Source: Eledone cirrhosa (Eukaryota). Taken from it: a stretch of DNA of 64,000 bases. Made by a program: the position numbers and the translations under genes. The stretch is taken from contig OZ024743.1 in NCBI GenBank assembly GCA_964016885.1, positions 84,940,001 through 85,004,000 on the forward strand. Reading direction: 5' to 3'. Of this stretch, positions 25,461 through 37,774 are shown in pieces (position 1 is the first letter of the stretch; the number at the start of each line of letters is the position of its first letter). The notes under the pieces were generated by a model. That model searched no databases, was not told the origin of the DNA, and was given only the letters and a program-made list of their open reading frames with translations.

Positions 25461-28400
25461 GTCCCAAATGCAAAGTATGGGTACATAAAAGATGTAGTGG
25501 GATCACAGGTAAACTATCTAAGAACATAGACTTATAGCAAAATACTGGGTTGTATGGATATAACAAGGAGATTTGGTTTGTGTGTATAATATTTAATAAA
25601 CAATATGTGGATATATAGAACAGTATAGTTGACATGTCAAAGAAATAGATGAGAGAATGAAACAAAGTTATTAGTTACCGCTTGGTTGCCAGGGTTACAC
25701 ACGTCCAAGGCCAGGAGGCGCCTGACCGAAAAGGCGAATGAGAGATAGGAAGCTTAACGTTATTAGTTTTATAGGGTTCTGACCGGAAGTTACAGAAAGG
25801 GTTCTACTTCCTGTCTAAAGAGCGTTAATCTATTGGGGTTGTGAGTGTCACAACAAGGGAGGCAACTCCTGCTACATTACTTCCCGCCAGATTTTTAAAA
25901 TATAAAAATCAAATGAAATATGTATGTAGCAAGTTGGCGAGAATGTTGTAACAGGCATGAAAATTACGAAAAAAAAAAAATAATGTTTGCAAAAATCAAT
26001 GATAGATATCAAGGTAGCCAACCGTTCTTGGCCAGAGAACGACTGGACTTCTATCTATCCATCACCCAAAGATACAATGTAATAAAGTAAAAGAGCTCAA
26101 AGTTCAAATGTACAAAATATAGTTCACAGGTGTGCAATCACATGACAGCAGGAAAGAAAGTGTGTTCCAGAGAATGAATGCAGGTGGTTTCTGTTCTGTG
26201 GTATATCGTGAAACTTCCAACCTCCGAATGGATTTTCTCACAGGAAGAGTGCTCAAAAATAAATTCTCTGGCTTGTTCTGCTGGTTTTGGTTGTTGATGA
26301 AGCTGTGTTGCTGTTGATGTTGTTGTCTCGCGGAGTGAGCATATTCGATGTTTAATTTCACAGTAAAGAAAATTTTTTCAGAAAAAATGAGTTTCGCAAA
26401 GTGCTAGAAATAACAGCTGAAGTTGATGGTCGATGTTGAGAATGCGTTGACCTGGAAGGGTCAAGAGGCCAGCGACCAAAGAAATAAGCATTCTGAATAA
26501 ATGCGCAGTTTTCAACGGCAAATTTACGTGGTAAATTTTTAACCGGCAAATAGGAGAATATAGCTTAAGGCTGAAGAATCCTTGGCGAGAAACGTTATCC
26601 CTGGCGTGCGGCTATCTCTGTGAGTCGAGATATCTCCGTGAATCGAGAATCCTACACGTGCCAAAACAAGGTTAAGTTGAAAAAATAATATTTCTAACAC
26701 GCGAGAAAATGGCGCGAAAATGAAAATGCGACAGGTCGTTGGCAGCCATTTTGAAAAAATGTGTGTGTGAAAGTGACAATGATGAAAAAGAAAGAAAGGC
26801 TTCACTTAGCATAACAAATATGGCGAGTTCAATTTGTTTTTTTTTATTTTTGGTGTGAACTTTGAAAAAAACTTGAACGATGAAGAAAACGATGGAAAAA
26901 AAGGCAATGGTTGAGGTTCATCGAAAATAAATGTTCCTGTTGAAATGTTTTAAAAAAAAAAAAAAATCAAATTTATTTTTTTTTGTTTGTTTTTAAAGTG
27001 TTCGTTGTAAGAAACGAGAAACATATATATATATATCGTGAAATGCGACAGTTAGTTGATGCGTGAGAGAAAAAGTCTGTCTGAACGCGAATTTCACATG
27101 TGCGTGGTGTGTTCGTTTCTTGGTTGCGTATTTTCGTAGTTTGTCAATAAAATTTTGCTGTGTATTCGTAATGTTACTCACACAACACCAGATTCTGCTA
27201 TTTTTTTCTTTTTTCGGGGTCACCAATTATAACAATGAACGGCTGCGTGTTCGTATCACGTCGCGGTCACCAATTATAGCGAAATACTAGTGTGTATGAA
27301 TGTAACAAGGAGACGTGGTTTGGGTGTATAATATTTAATAAACAATATGTGGATATATAGAACAGTATAGTTGACATGTCAAAGAAATAGATGAGAGAAT
27401 GAAACAAAGTTATTAGTTATCGCTTAGTTGCCAGGGTTACACACGCCCGAGTAAAGACTCCTGGCCAAGGCCAGGAGGCGCCTGACCGAAAAGGTGAATG
27501 AGAGATAGGAAGCTTAACGTTGTTAGTTTTATAGGGTTCTGACCGGAAGTTACAGAAAGGGTTCTATTTCCTGTCTAAAGAGCGTTAATCTATTGGGGTT
27601 GTGAGTGTCACAACAAGGGAGGCAACTCCTGCTACAGACTTTATATGTGGCCGATGCTCAGGTGCAATAGGTACCAAGTGTCCACAGTTGGCCACAAAAG
27701 GTTTCTCTCTAAAAATGAAAGGCAGATTGTATGATGCTTGTATACGAACAGCAATGCTACATGGCAGTGAGACATGGGCATTATGTGCAGAGGACCTGCA
27801 CAGACTGGAAAGGAACGAAGCATGCATGCTCCGTTGGATATGTAATAGTAATATACGTGAACAGCAAAGCATAAATGAACTCAGTGAGAAATTAGAAATA
27901 AGAGGGATCAGATGCTGTTTACTTGAGAGAAGACTACGTTGGTATGGCCACGTGATGCGCATGAAAGACGAGAGCTGTATAAAAAACTGCAGGGCGATCA
28001 AAATTGATGGTAGTTACGGAGTAGGTAGACCCAGAAAAACCTGGGACGATCTGATAAATTCCGACCTTACACACTTGTACCTCTCTAAGACAATGTCATT
28101 GGACCGAGATCTTTGGCGCTACGCAGTTATACAGAAGACCCGCCTTACCTATGTACAAAGTGAAACCTACAGTCAGTAGGCACCTCTTAACCAAATATAC
28201 ACCCCAATCCACTACCCCTACCCTATCCTCCCACTCCCACCAACACCACCCTCTCTGTAAAGTTGGTACCACAACATCCAGTCCAAATAAATGAGATAAT
28301 GAGATCGAGATCCTGTAGGTGTCACGAGAAAAAATCACACATTCCACGCTGTAATGTGGCCGTGTAGGTAACACGGTAAAAAGTTCCCAGTTCCACACTG

Positions 28401-28570
28401 TAAATGTGGTTGGTGTTAGGAAGGGCATCCAGCCGTAGAAAACCTGCCAGATAGTCCTATATGAGCGAGAGACGGTCACCTGACCAACCTTGCCTCAAGT
28501 GGGACAACTCCCGCCTAACCCATGCTAGCGTGGAAGATGGACGTTAAACGAAGATGATGATGATGATGAT
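25461..28570 (+). mobile_element. RTE family A copy split by the LTR element (25461-25532 + 27637-28570)
   Basis: AAGAACATAGACT|TTATATGTGGCC rejoins across the LTR insertion (compare 61340-61364); RTE C-terminal ORF and (GAT)n tail. Confidence 0.88.
25533..27636 (-). mobile_element. Non-autonomous LTR retrotransposon (TRIM/LARD-like), LTRs 27275-27636 and 25533-25876, nested in an RTE
   Basis: Two similar ~350-bp LTRs (TGTAGC...GCTATA), tRNA-Trp PBS, purine-rich GGCGGGAAGTAA before the 3' LTR, 4-bp TSD GACT, no long ORF inside. Confidence 0.9.
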
Positions 28571-29182
28571 ATACATATATATATAAGTAGAAGGGGGTAT
28601 TTAATTTGTTGAAAATCCGACAAATATAAATATAAATATAAATGTTTTTAACTGATTTAGAGCACTCAACAGATTCTTCGAGTAAATATTCAATGATTTT
28701 AAATAAATGGAAACTATATTTATAAAACCATATTTATTTTATTATATATATTTCAAGGGTATCAAAAGACTTTGGTAAGCTTTCTTCAGATAAAATACAA
28801 AATTTGTTTTATAAATAGAGACATACCCAGGAAAATCATACCTTATCAGTTGGATATTCTCTGGATAGTGGAAATGTATTAGGGATTTTTCAAACTTATG
28901 GGTGCAAATGAATATATAAATAATTGAAAAACAACCGTTTATTTAAACGACTCTGGAGAGAAAGAAGAGAGAAGAGAAGGACAAAATAGTGAGAGAGAGA
29001 GAGAGAGAAGGAAAAAAACCGGGGTGGGTAGTGAGATGGGGGTGTATATTTGATTAAGAGGTGCCTACTGACTATAGGTTTCGCTTTGTACTTAGGCAAG
29101 GTGGGTTTTCTGTATTACTGCGTAACACCAAAGATCTCGGTCCAGTGACATTGTCTTAGAGAGGTGCATATATATATATATA

Positions 29183-30165
29183 CAGGATGTGGACGGTATT
29201 CGTTTGCAAGATTGCCTGGGAAAAAAAAACAATGATTTTATTTTTTTAGTATTTGCCAAACTTGGGTTAGTTTGTCTTCATGATATGTTCTGTTGATCTC
29301 ACTCGATAAACCCACTTTTGTCTTCGATGACTGCCTTGAGGTGGCCTTGGAATTGGCCACAGGACTTCTTCACTGTCTCCTGACTTAGGCCCCAGAAGGC
29401 CCTGGTGATCCTGGCACTCAGCTCGTCCTTCGTGTTGCAGCTAGATCTGTTGGTCTCTTGTTCCACCACATGTCAGACAAAGAAGTTGAGGGAGTTGTAG
29501 TCACGCAAGTTGGAAGACCAAATGTCTGGTGAAGTGTGGTCGAAGAAGTTCTCAGACACCTAGGCCTGGATCTTCTGGCTTGTATGACAGGGTGCTGAGT
29601 CTTGCTACCACATGTATGGCCTCCCTGCAGCTACCTGGTCGATCTAGGGCTTCACCACCTCACTCAGAATACAGATGTAGCTGTCGGTGTTCAGCCTGAA
29701 GCCCTTAGAAAAGAAGTAGGTTGGCATGATGTCACCTTCACTGCTGATGACACCGAAGACCACGTTTGTTGATGGAAACTTTGTTTGCATGACTCTGGGC
29801 ATGTCCTTGGGTGAGACAGCAAGCCATTTCTTATTCTGGGAGTTGATCTTCTGGTCTTGGCAGAAGTTCTTATCGAGAGAGAAGACCCACAGCATGTCTG
29901 GCTCCAGCAGGTGTTTCAACTTGTTGATCAGCTTCTTGGTGAGCTTGAGTGACTTTTCCTGCATCACCTTGAACAGAAATTGTCCCTTCCTCATCTTGTA
30001 TGAAAAGTAGCAAATGTCCTCATGCATCATCAGCCTGATGAGCTTTTCATCCACATCTTTCTCTCTTGCAATGTCATGCACCAATGTAGTGGGATCATTG
30101 TTGATGATCTCCTGGACTTCAGCGACAAACTCCAGCGTTCTGACGGCGTCAGATCGTCAATCATG
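29183..30165 (-). mobile_element. Decayed Tc1/mariner transposon, DD37D (maT-like) transposase
   Basis: LDKNF..QNKKW..VFGVISSEGD..WxQDSAPCH, with 37 residues to the third catalytic position (now N); TA-CAGG end. Confidence 0.82.
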
Positions 30166-30249
30166 GAAAATAAATTTTAAACAGTAATGATAGTGATATA
30201 TATATACACACACATATATACATATACATAAATATATATATATATGTAT

Positions 30250-31718
30250 GTGTGTAAAAGGTAAACAGAAATAACAACACAATCGGTACAGTATATGGAA
30301 GGGATATATTAGATTAACGCTTGATATAGCAGGAAGAGTGTCTTAACGTTTCGGACGCTAGTCCTTCATCAGAAGAATGAATGAGAAATAAGATAGATTG
30401 AGGGGATGGGTGAGTTGGAATTGGAAAAAATGTCTTTAGATAAAAATAACAGGTCCATTCATGTTGACATCTCTTGCAAAACTGTTGGTGCTGGCGTTTT
30501 GTGTATGATTTATTTGTTAGAAAAGTGGATGATGGAGTGCGTCTACCTGAAATGAAAAAAAAAAACGTTTTGTAAAAAGAGCTATACTTGTGCACATTTG
30601 TAAGCATGTGTGTGTGTGTGTTATTATATGTCCGTATGAAGCTAAGAAGAAATGTGTGTGTATTTGTGAGTAAAAGAGTGTGTGTGCATGTAAGTACGAA
30701 GCTATGAGCAAAAGTATGTTAATATAAGGGTGTGTATGTGTGTATACAGAGCAGTGAAGGGAAAAGTGGAGTGAGCATATATAGTCGGCATGTATTAGTT
30801 GTAAGAGAAGATGTTAATGATCAAGAGAAAGCAATAGGAATCTCGGGGTGTGATAATGGATGGGGTGTTATAGAAATTGGGGAAGTGAGTTGAGTCCAAG
30901 AGGGGAATAGGACCCAAGGCGGTGAATCAGACTTTGTTCAGTTCTGGTGCGCGAGGCCTGTGATCCATCCATGATGTAAAAGGACACCCAAGACTAAAAC
31001 ATGTAGGGAAGAATGACCAGGAGAACAGAAATGATGGGCGACAGAAGTATCCCAACTGAGTTGTATGTCCCTCAAATGTTTGGCAAAACGGTCCGCCATA
31101 CGGCGTCCCGTTTGTCTGATATATAAAGACCCGCAAAGGGAACACCAGAGGGCATAGACGACGTGGGTGGATGTGCAGGTGAAGGAATGGCGGATATGGA
31201 AAGACCCGTTGGGGCCTGTAAGAGTGGTGAGGGTGGAAATAAAGAGACAAGTGTTGCAGCGGGAACGGGAACAAGGATGAGAGCCGGGTGGAGTCGTGGG
31301 AGAGGACAAGAAGGAACTGCGAACCAGGCGGTTGCGGAGGTTGCGGGCGCGCTTAAAAGCAGTAATGGGTGAGTTTGGAGAAAAGCGAAAAGTGACGGGT
31401 CAGAAGAGGATACGGAAGGAACGGAGGATATGTCGCCGGAGTGGTAGGGTGATGGGGTGGTAGGTGAGAGGGAAAGGAACATGGGTGTTGGGAGGGCGTG
31501 GGTGAGGTGAAAGGGCTATGGTGTGGTCTGTTTCCCGGGCGTGGGTGAGAGCAGCTTGGATCAGGGGGGGGGGGGATATCCATGCTGGATGAAGCAGGAA
31601 GCCATGCGAAGGGAATGGGTTTCGAAATCGTCGTCCTGGCTACAGAGCTGACGAAGATGGAGGAATTGGGAATAGGGTAGGGAGTGTTTGGTGTGGGTTG
31701 GATGGGAGGAGGTTAAGT

Positions 31719-31720
<2 letters not shown>
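30250..31720 (-). mobile_element. 5'-truncated Penelope-like element (Neptune-like) with RT thumb, GIY-YIG and 3' hammerhead
   Basis: HPTHTKHSLPYSQFLHLRQLCS; FTCTSTHVVYALWCSLCGSLYIRQTGR..RFAKH..VAHHF. Confidence 0.85.
30341..30376 (-). ncRNA. Minimal (dimer-type) hammerhead ribozyme
   Basis: TCTT-CTGATGA-AGGACTAGCGTCC-GAAACGTT-AAGA; palindromic AACGTT stem III. Confidence 0.75.
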
Positions 31721-31752
<32 letters not shown>

Positions 31753-31762
31753 CATGCATATA

Positions 31763-31797
<35 letters not shown>

Positions 31798-31814
31798 ACG
31801 AAGGAAATGTGGTA

Positions 31815-33036
31815 AGGAACCAGATGAACCATAACACACCAAAGTACTCAATACTTAGGGTAGTAGAGTAGGTAATAGGAACGAGTAGGACCCCGACGGC
31901 TGAGCTCAAGCCGTTTCGACGGCTAATTCTGGACTAAATGAAAATTTTTATCCTGGTAAATGAATAGCTGAACTTCTCAAGGATAATTCCATATATGGTA
32001 AAAGTGATTGTCACAAGGATTGGTCAAAAGTTATTCTATGATAGAATTGGTCGATTCCGCTTTTTATAGCAGATGTGCTAGACTCCAGATACTTGCTTTC
32101 TTATCTGATTGCTGCCCCATTTCCGTGATTTCTAGATTTCTTAGTGGTATCTCTGCTTTAGTTTCTTGTATATCAGTATTTTTTTTTGCGGGGGGGGATT
32201 CTGAATTAATTTTTCGTATTAGTTTTTCATATTAGTTTTTCATATATATCGTACGAGCATTTATGTAGTTTGTATTAGAATTTATGTATTGTAGCAGTAC
32301 TCTTATATATCGTTTTAGTATTCATTTCGGGATTCTGAATTAATATTTCGTATTAGTTTTGGGACTCTGAATTATTATTTTGTATTAGTTTTTTTTTTTT
32401 AGTATTTTGGCCCTCTACTTGTTAACCTATCACTGTAAGATAGATTTGGCCAATTACTACTAACTCAAAATTCTTTCACTACAATCTCGTATTTAGTATT
32501 CCGTCCCACCTATTAAACTTTCTATAGTTTAGCAGTACCAGTGAGAGATTTGATGATTGTGGAAGGGGAATAGTAACCAGAAATTGTGTTTTTTTATATT
32601 TTTAATATTTTAAATATTTTTCTATATATTTACTCCATATAGATTTACTTATTGTTTCGACTTCCTCCCCCTACCCCTCTCTAGTATATTTCTTTCGACC
32701 TCTTATCCTTAGGATTCTGCTGTAGTTGTCACTTTCAACGCACGACTGGGTTTCCGCCACTCCCTCTCCCTCTTTCTTCTACTGGCAAGTTCAGCTACCC
32801 CTACCTTCCACAAAATGCCATGATAGAATCATGTGTCTCAACAACAAACTTTTGACCAATCCTTGTGACAATCACTTTTACCATATATGGAATTACCAGG
32901 ATAAAAATTTTCATTTAGTTCAGAATTAGCTGTTGAAACGGTTTGAGCTCAGCCGTCGGGGTCCTACTCGTTCCTATTACCCACTCTACTACCCTAAGTA
33001 TTGAGTACTTTGGTGCGTTATGGTCCATCTGTTCCT
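31815..33036. repeat. ~200-bp inverted repeats (31815-32032 and 32848-33036) around an 800-bp non-coding core, in (TA)n
   Basis: Direct reverse-complement match with one ~28-bp indel. Confidence 0.85.
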
Positions 33037-33474
33037 ATATATATATATATATGTATATATTTATTTACACATATATATACATCATCATCATCATCGTTTA
33101 ACGTCTATCTTCCACGCTAGCATGGATTAGACGGGAATTGTCCCACTTGAGGCAAGATTGATCGGGTGATCGTGTCTTACTCATATAGGACTCTCTGGCA
33201 GGTTTTCTATGGCTGGATGCCCTTCCTAACACTAACCATATTTACAGTGTGGACTGGGAGGTTTTTACCGTATTACCTACACGACCACGTTTAATTTGGA
33301 CTAGATGTTGTGGTACCAACATAACTTTATAGAGAAAGGATGGTGTTGGTGGGAGTGGAAGGATGGAGTAGGGATAGTGGGTTGGGGTATATATATATAT
33401 ATATATATGCGCACACACACATATATATATATATGTATATATATATATTTACATACATATGTATACATATATAT

Positions 33475-36297
33475 CATGATCATGATGATGATCATCATCA
33501 ATATTTTACGTACGCTTTTCCCCGCTTGCAAGGGTGGGACGGGTCCTATTCAGCACAGCATCTCTCCACTTGTCACGGTCCTTTGTCATCTCCACCGTGA
33601 GCTTCAGCGATCTGAGGTCTGCTCTCACCACCTTCGCCCATGTTTTTCGTGGTCTTCCTTTACTACGTCTTCCTTCAACTGGCATTTCTTAGCACTTCTT
33701 TACCCATCACATGTCCATACCATCGCAGTCTCCTCTCCCGCACACTACAATTTATTCTTCGCAGACACAGTTTCTCTCTCAACACATCCATGGAGAAGTT
33801 CCCATGGACAGCCAGTCTTAAATTCCTCTAGTATGGCTTGGAGGACTATATGAACAAGAGCGGGCTGAGGACCGAACCCTGATGTACTCCTACTTGTATC
33901 TGGAATTCCTCACTAAACTCCATTCCTATCCTCACTTTACTGACAGCACCTCTGTACAAAGCTTGCACTGTCCTCACAAGCCATTCCTCAACACCCAGCT
34001 TCCTTAGGGACCACCAGATGAACAATCGGGAGACCCTATCAAAGGCCTTCTCTAGCTCAACAAAAGCTAAGTATAGTGGCTTATTCTTCTCTTCTAATTG
34101 TCTCACTAAGAAGAGGGCATCCGTTGTACTTTTCCCCGCCACAAAACCAAACTGCATTTCATCTAGTTTGACCCTTTCTCTAATTAGATGCGCTAATATC
34201 TTTTCTGCCATTTTCATAACCTGATCCATCAGTTTTATACCCCTATAATTTCTCCTCTCCAGAGCATCCTCTTTACCTTTGTAGCAATTTATGAGAATAC
34301 TGCTACACCAGTCTTTGGGTATGACACCGCCATATATAGCCTGATTGATGATGCGTGCAACCAGTTTAGTGCTTACATCCCTCGACGCCTTCAGCATCTC
34401 AGCAACTAACCCCGACGGTCCAACGGCCTTACCATTTTTTATTTCCTTAATTGCCTCTTGGACCCTATATTCGTCAATCTCAATAGCTGGTAATTTCTCT
34501 CTCTCCCATTCGTTCTCCACTTTCATCAGTCTCTCATAATGACATTTCCAGGCCTCCTTTTTCTGATCATTCGTGACACTAAGTACACCCGCATCATTCC
34601 GGACACATTTATCTCCAACAACATCCTGATTTCCACTGACACACTGCCTTGCAATGCGGAACACCGCACATCTCTGATCTTCCCGTCGCAGAACATTGAC
34701 AAACCTCCTACTCTCAGCCTCCCTGCGTGCTAAGTGCACCTGACGCCTAGCTTCTCTCTTAGCGGCTGTATATCATTCTCTACTCCCACCATTTTTCCAA
34801 GCATTCCATGCTAGTCTTTTGTCTCTAATGGCCCTATCTACTGTGCTGTTTCATCACCAGCTCACTCTCTGTCCGGTTGGAGCTCTGCTCCAGCCACAAG
34901 TTTCTTCAGTAGCCTGCAGTAAGTTGTCACATAAGAAATTCCAGCTATCATCTATGTCATTCGACTCTAAATCATCATCTTTTTCGTCATACACATCTTG
35001 AAGGGCTTTCCTAAATTTGTATTTTAGTGAAAGGTCTTTTAACTTCCAGACCTTTCTTTTCCACACCTTCCTGTATGTCTCATTCCGTCTCTTGCTTACT
35101 GTGATATCACTAACGACTAACCTATGCTGTGGGGTACATACTTCCCCGGGGTATGCCTTGGTATTTGACACCATCTGTCTGTCTCGCTGCCTAACTAGTA
35201 AGAAGTCAATCTGGCTTATGTGCTTGCTTGATTTGTAGGTTATTAGCTGGTTGGCAGGTTTCTGGAAGTTAGTGTTGCTAATGGTTAGTGCACTTGCATC
35301 ACAAAATTCAAGAAGTGTCATTCCTTCTTCATTTCTTGAGCCGTAACCGTGCCCACCATGTACCCCAGTGTAACCATCCTGGAGCTGTCCAAACATGACC
35401 ATTGAAGTCCCCTGCTAGCATAATGATGTGCCTGTCCTCTGTCATTGCGGCTGTTTGTAAAAGTTGCTCGTAAAAGCAGTCTTTCTTTTCTTTGCCTAGG
35501 CCTGCCTGGGGAGCATAGGCAGAGATGATTGCAATCATCTCTGCAATTGTCAGTAGTCTCTTGTCAGTAACTAATCTAAGCTTAATTATTCTATTACTAA
35601 CTCTAACTACCTCTATTGTCTTATCGATCCATCTCTCAGCCAGGAAATTGCCTACTCCCTTTAACCCATCATCATTACCCACCCAGAAAAGCTTATAAGT
35701 AAGATGTTTGCCTGCGATTAGTCTTGCAGAGGCACCTCTCCATCTCACCTCTTGCACGCAGCACACATCCATATGCCTTCTTTCCAACATCTCCACTATT
35801 TCACTAGATCTACCTGTGAAAGTGCTAACATTAAGTGTTGCAACTCTGAGATGTGCTGTCTTCATATTCTTGTTCCTTTTCCTGTTCCTGTAGTGCGATT
35901 GCTTGATGACGGTCGGGGGTTCTCGCACATGGCCGCACCAGCGACCCCACTACCGTACGCAGCCCTAACATGGTTAGTGTTATTGCTGTTGACGCAGTTG
36001 TTGCAATTCTTATTTGTTGTGCTCATAATTTTGGCATTTAATATACTGGTTGGATGCCCTTCCTAACACCAGCACCATTTTACAGCATGGACTGGGTGCT
36101 TTTATTCATGCCACCCGCACTAGAGAGGGTGTCTTACTGGACTCAGGGGCCCTCTCTATCCCTCCATTTTACAGCATGGACTAGGTGCTTTTATTCGTGC
36201 CACCAGCACTAGGGAAGTTGTCTTACCGGACTAAGGGGACTTCTCTACTCCGCACCAATTTATTCGGAGTGTAGCTCTCCTAGACGAGTTGCCTACA
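33475..36297 (-). mobile_element. RTE LINE family B: 5' UTR, APE, RT, internal deletion at ~33790, short 3' end
   Basis: ATLNVSTF, CCVQEVRW, SAYAPQ, AGDFNGH, SQIDFLL, PQHRLVV, NYRGIKL, QFGF, LEKAFDRV, GVHQGSVLSP. Confidence 0.92.
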
Positions 36298-36363
36298 TAT
36301 ATATATATATAGTGAAAGATTGAAGAATAACATGGTCGGCTGTACAAAAAGGGTTTTATTTCA

Positions 36364-36476
36364 AGTATTAACAATTGTTTCATTGATCAGGTGAGTCTAA
36401 AGGCAGCTAATCACTCGAAGTTGCATCACTCGACCTTAAATACAGTGTTTACCTCTGATCAAATCATCGGAATACT
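36364..36476 (-). ncRNA. Degenerate hammerhead (CCGATGA core) in a Penelope pLTR remnant
   Basis: AGTATT-CCGATGA-TTTGATCAG..CTGATCAAT-GAAAC-AATT-GTT-AATACT. Confidence 0.6.
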
Positions 36477-37536
36477 GGGGGTTTTACATATGGCATTGGT
36501 ATATATAGATACAACGGAGAATCAAAACAATAGCATCAATAATAAAAGATAATAAAGAAGTAAAGAACCTAGAATGAAGATGGTACAGATGTGAAAAATA
36601 ATAAGTACAGAATACGATTGCTGATAATAGAGGTGGTGGTGGTGATTAAAGTTACAGTGGTGAGTAAGTGTATGTTTAAAAACGTGGTGAGGGTAGAGAT
36701 AATACTAACATGAAAGGCAACATTAAATACATACATACATACATGGTGGTCAAATCTCAGAGGGTTAGAGTAGAAAATAGAAAATAGAAACAAATGGCAG
36801 ATAAAAGATAAAAAAATAATAAATTAAAAATTAAGTGAGAGGGGAAGAGATACGAGGATGAGACATAAGGATGAGGAAGGAGTAGATAGGTTAAAAATTG
36901 AGGGGGAGAGTTTTGATATATGTGTGTGTGTGTGGTAAATGTCTGCCATGCTGATTGTCTTATTTTAATGGGGTTGGTGTGGCTTTAGGGAGAGAGAGAG
37001 TGAAAGAAAGGTTAGGAGATTTATGATGTTGATCTAGTGACCAGTCGGTCAGTTGACAGCTAATAACAGTGGGGTGGTATGTAGTCAGTACATTAAAATC
37101 CGGGTGGTTCAGCTCAAATTCTGAGATTGCTGGATCGAATCATGTTGGTTTGAAATTTGCGAACTTGGTAGCTGCTTAGTACCTACAGAAAATTGATTGT
37201 TCTATTTTGCTGTTAAGCAGCATTTTATTGTACTTTAAAATATGGAACAGCTCCATATTGCAAATGAAGGGTTCATTTTTGCATAATTGCAAACAAATTG
37301 AATGTTATTATTGAAAAACTCAGATTACATTTATTGTATTCAGCCATGTAGAGGAAAAATTTTTTTTTTTATTTGAATGTGGCAAAGCCACCATTTATCG
37401 CTCGTATACAAGAAACTGACTGGCCAGTCTGCTGAAATGCAAATCTGGCTGATCAGCCAGTCTGCTAATATGCAAATCAGGCAGATCAGTCACTGTATAT
37501 TTTAGAAAATATCATATATTTTCACAAGCTCAGACA

Positions 37537-37618
37537 GTTGGCAGGTGAACAGTGAGCTGTACTGATGAAGGGTAATATCCAGAAACATTAGTGTCTGCAG
37601 TTCTGTTCACATGCCAAC
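37537..37618 (+). ncRNA. Canonical type I hammerhead ribozyme, GUC cleavage site at 37593-37595
   Basis: GTTGGCAGGTGAACAGTGAGCTGTA-CTGATGA-AGGGTAATATCCA-GAAAC-ATTAGT-GTC-TGCAGTTCTGTTCACATGCCAAC. Confidence 0.82.
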
Positions 37619-37774
37619 ACAAGAGCAAGAATGAAGGGTTCATTCTACCGACATGGCTTTAAAAATGAGGCTTGTTTACATAATTGCAAATGAATTGAAT
37701 GTTATTATTCATATTCGAAAAACTCAGATTACATTTATTGTATTCAGCCATGCAGAGCGAAAAAAAAAAAAAAA

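Noticed and set aside
27241-27272. tRNA-Trp gene
   Set aside because: Only the 3' 32 nt, with CCA, at the PBS position next to an LTR.
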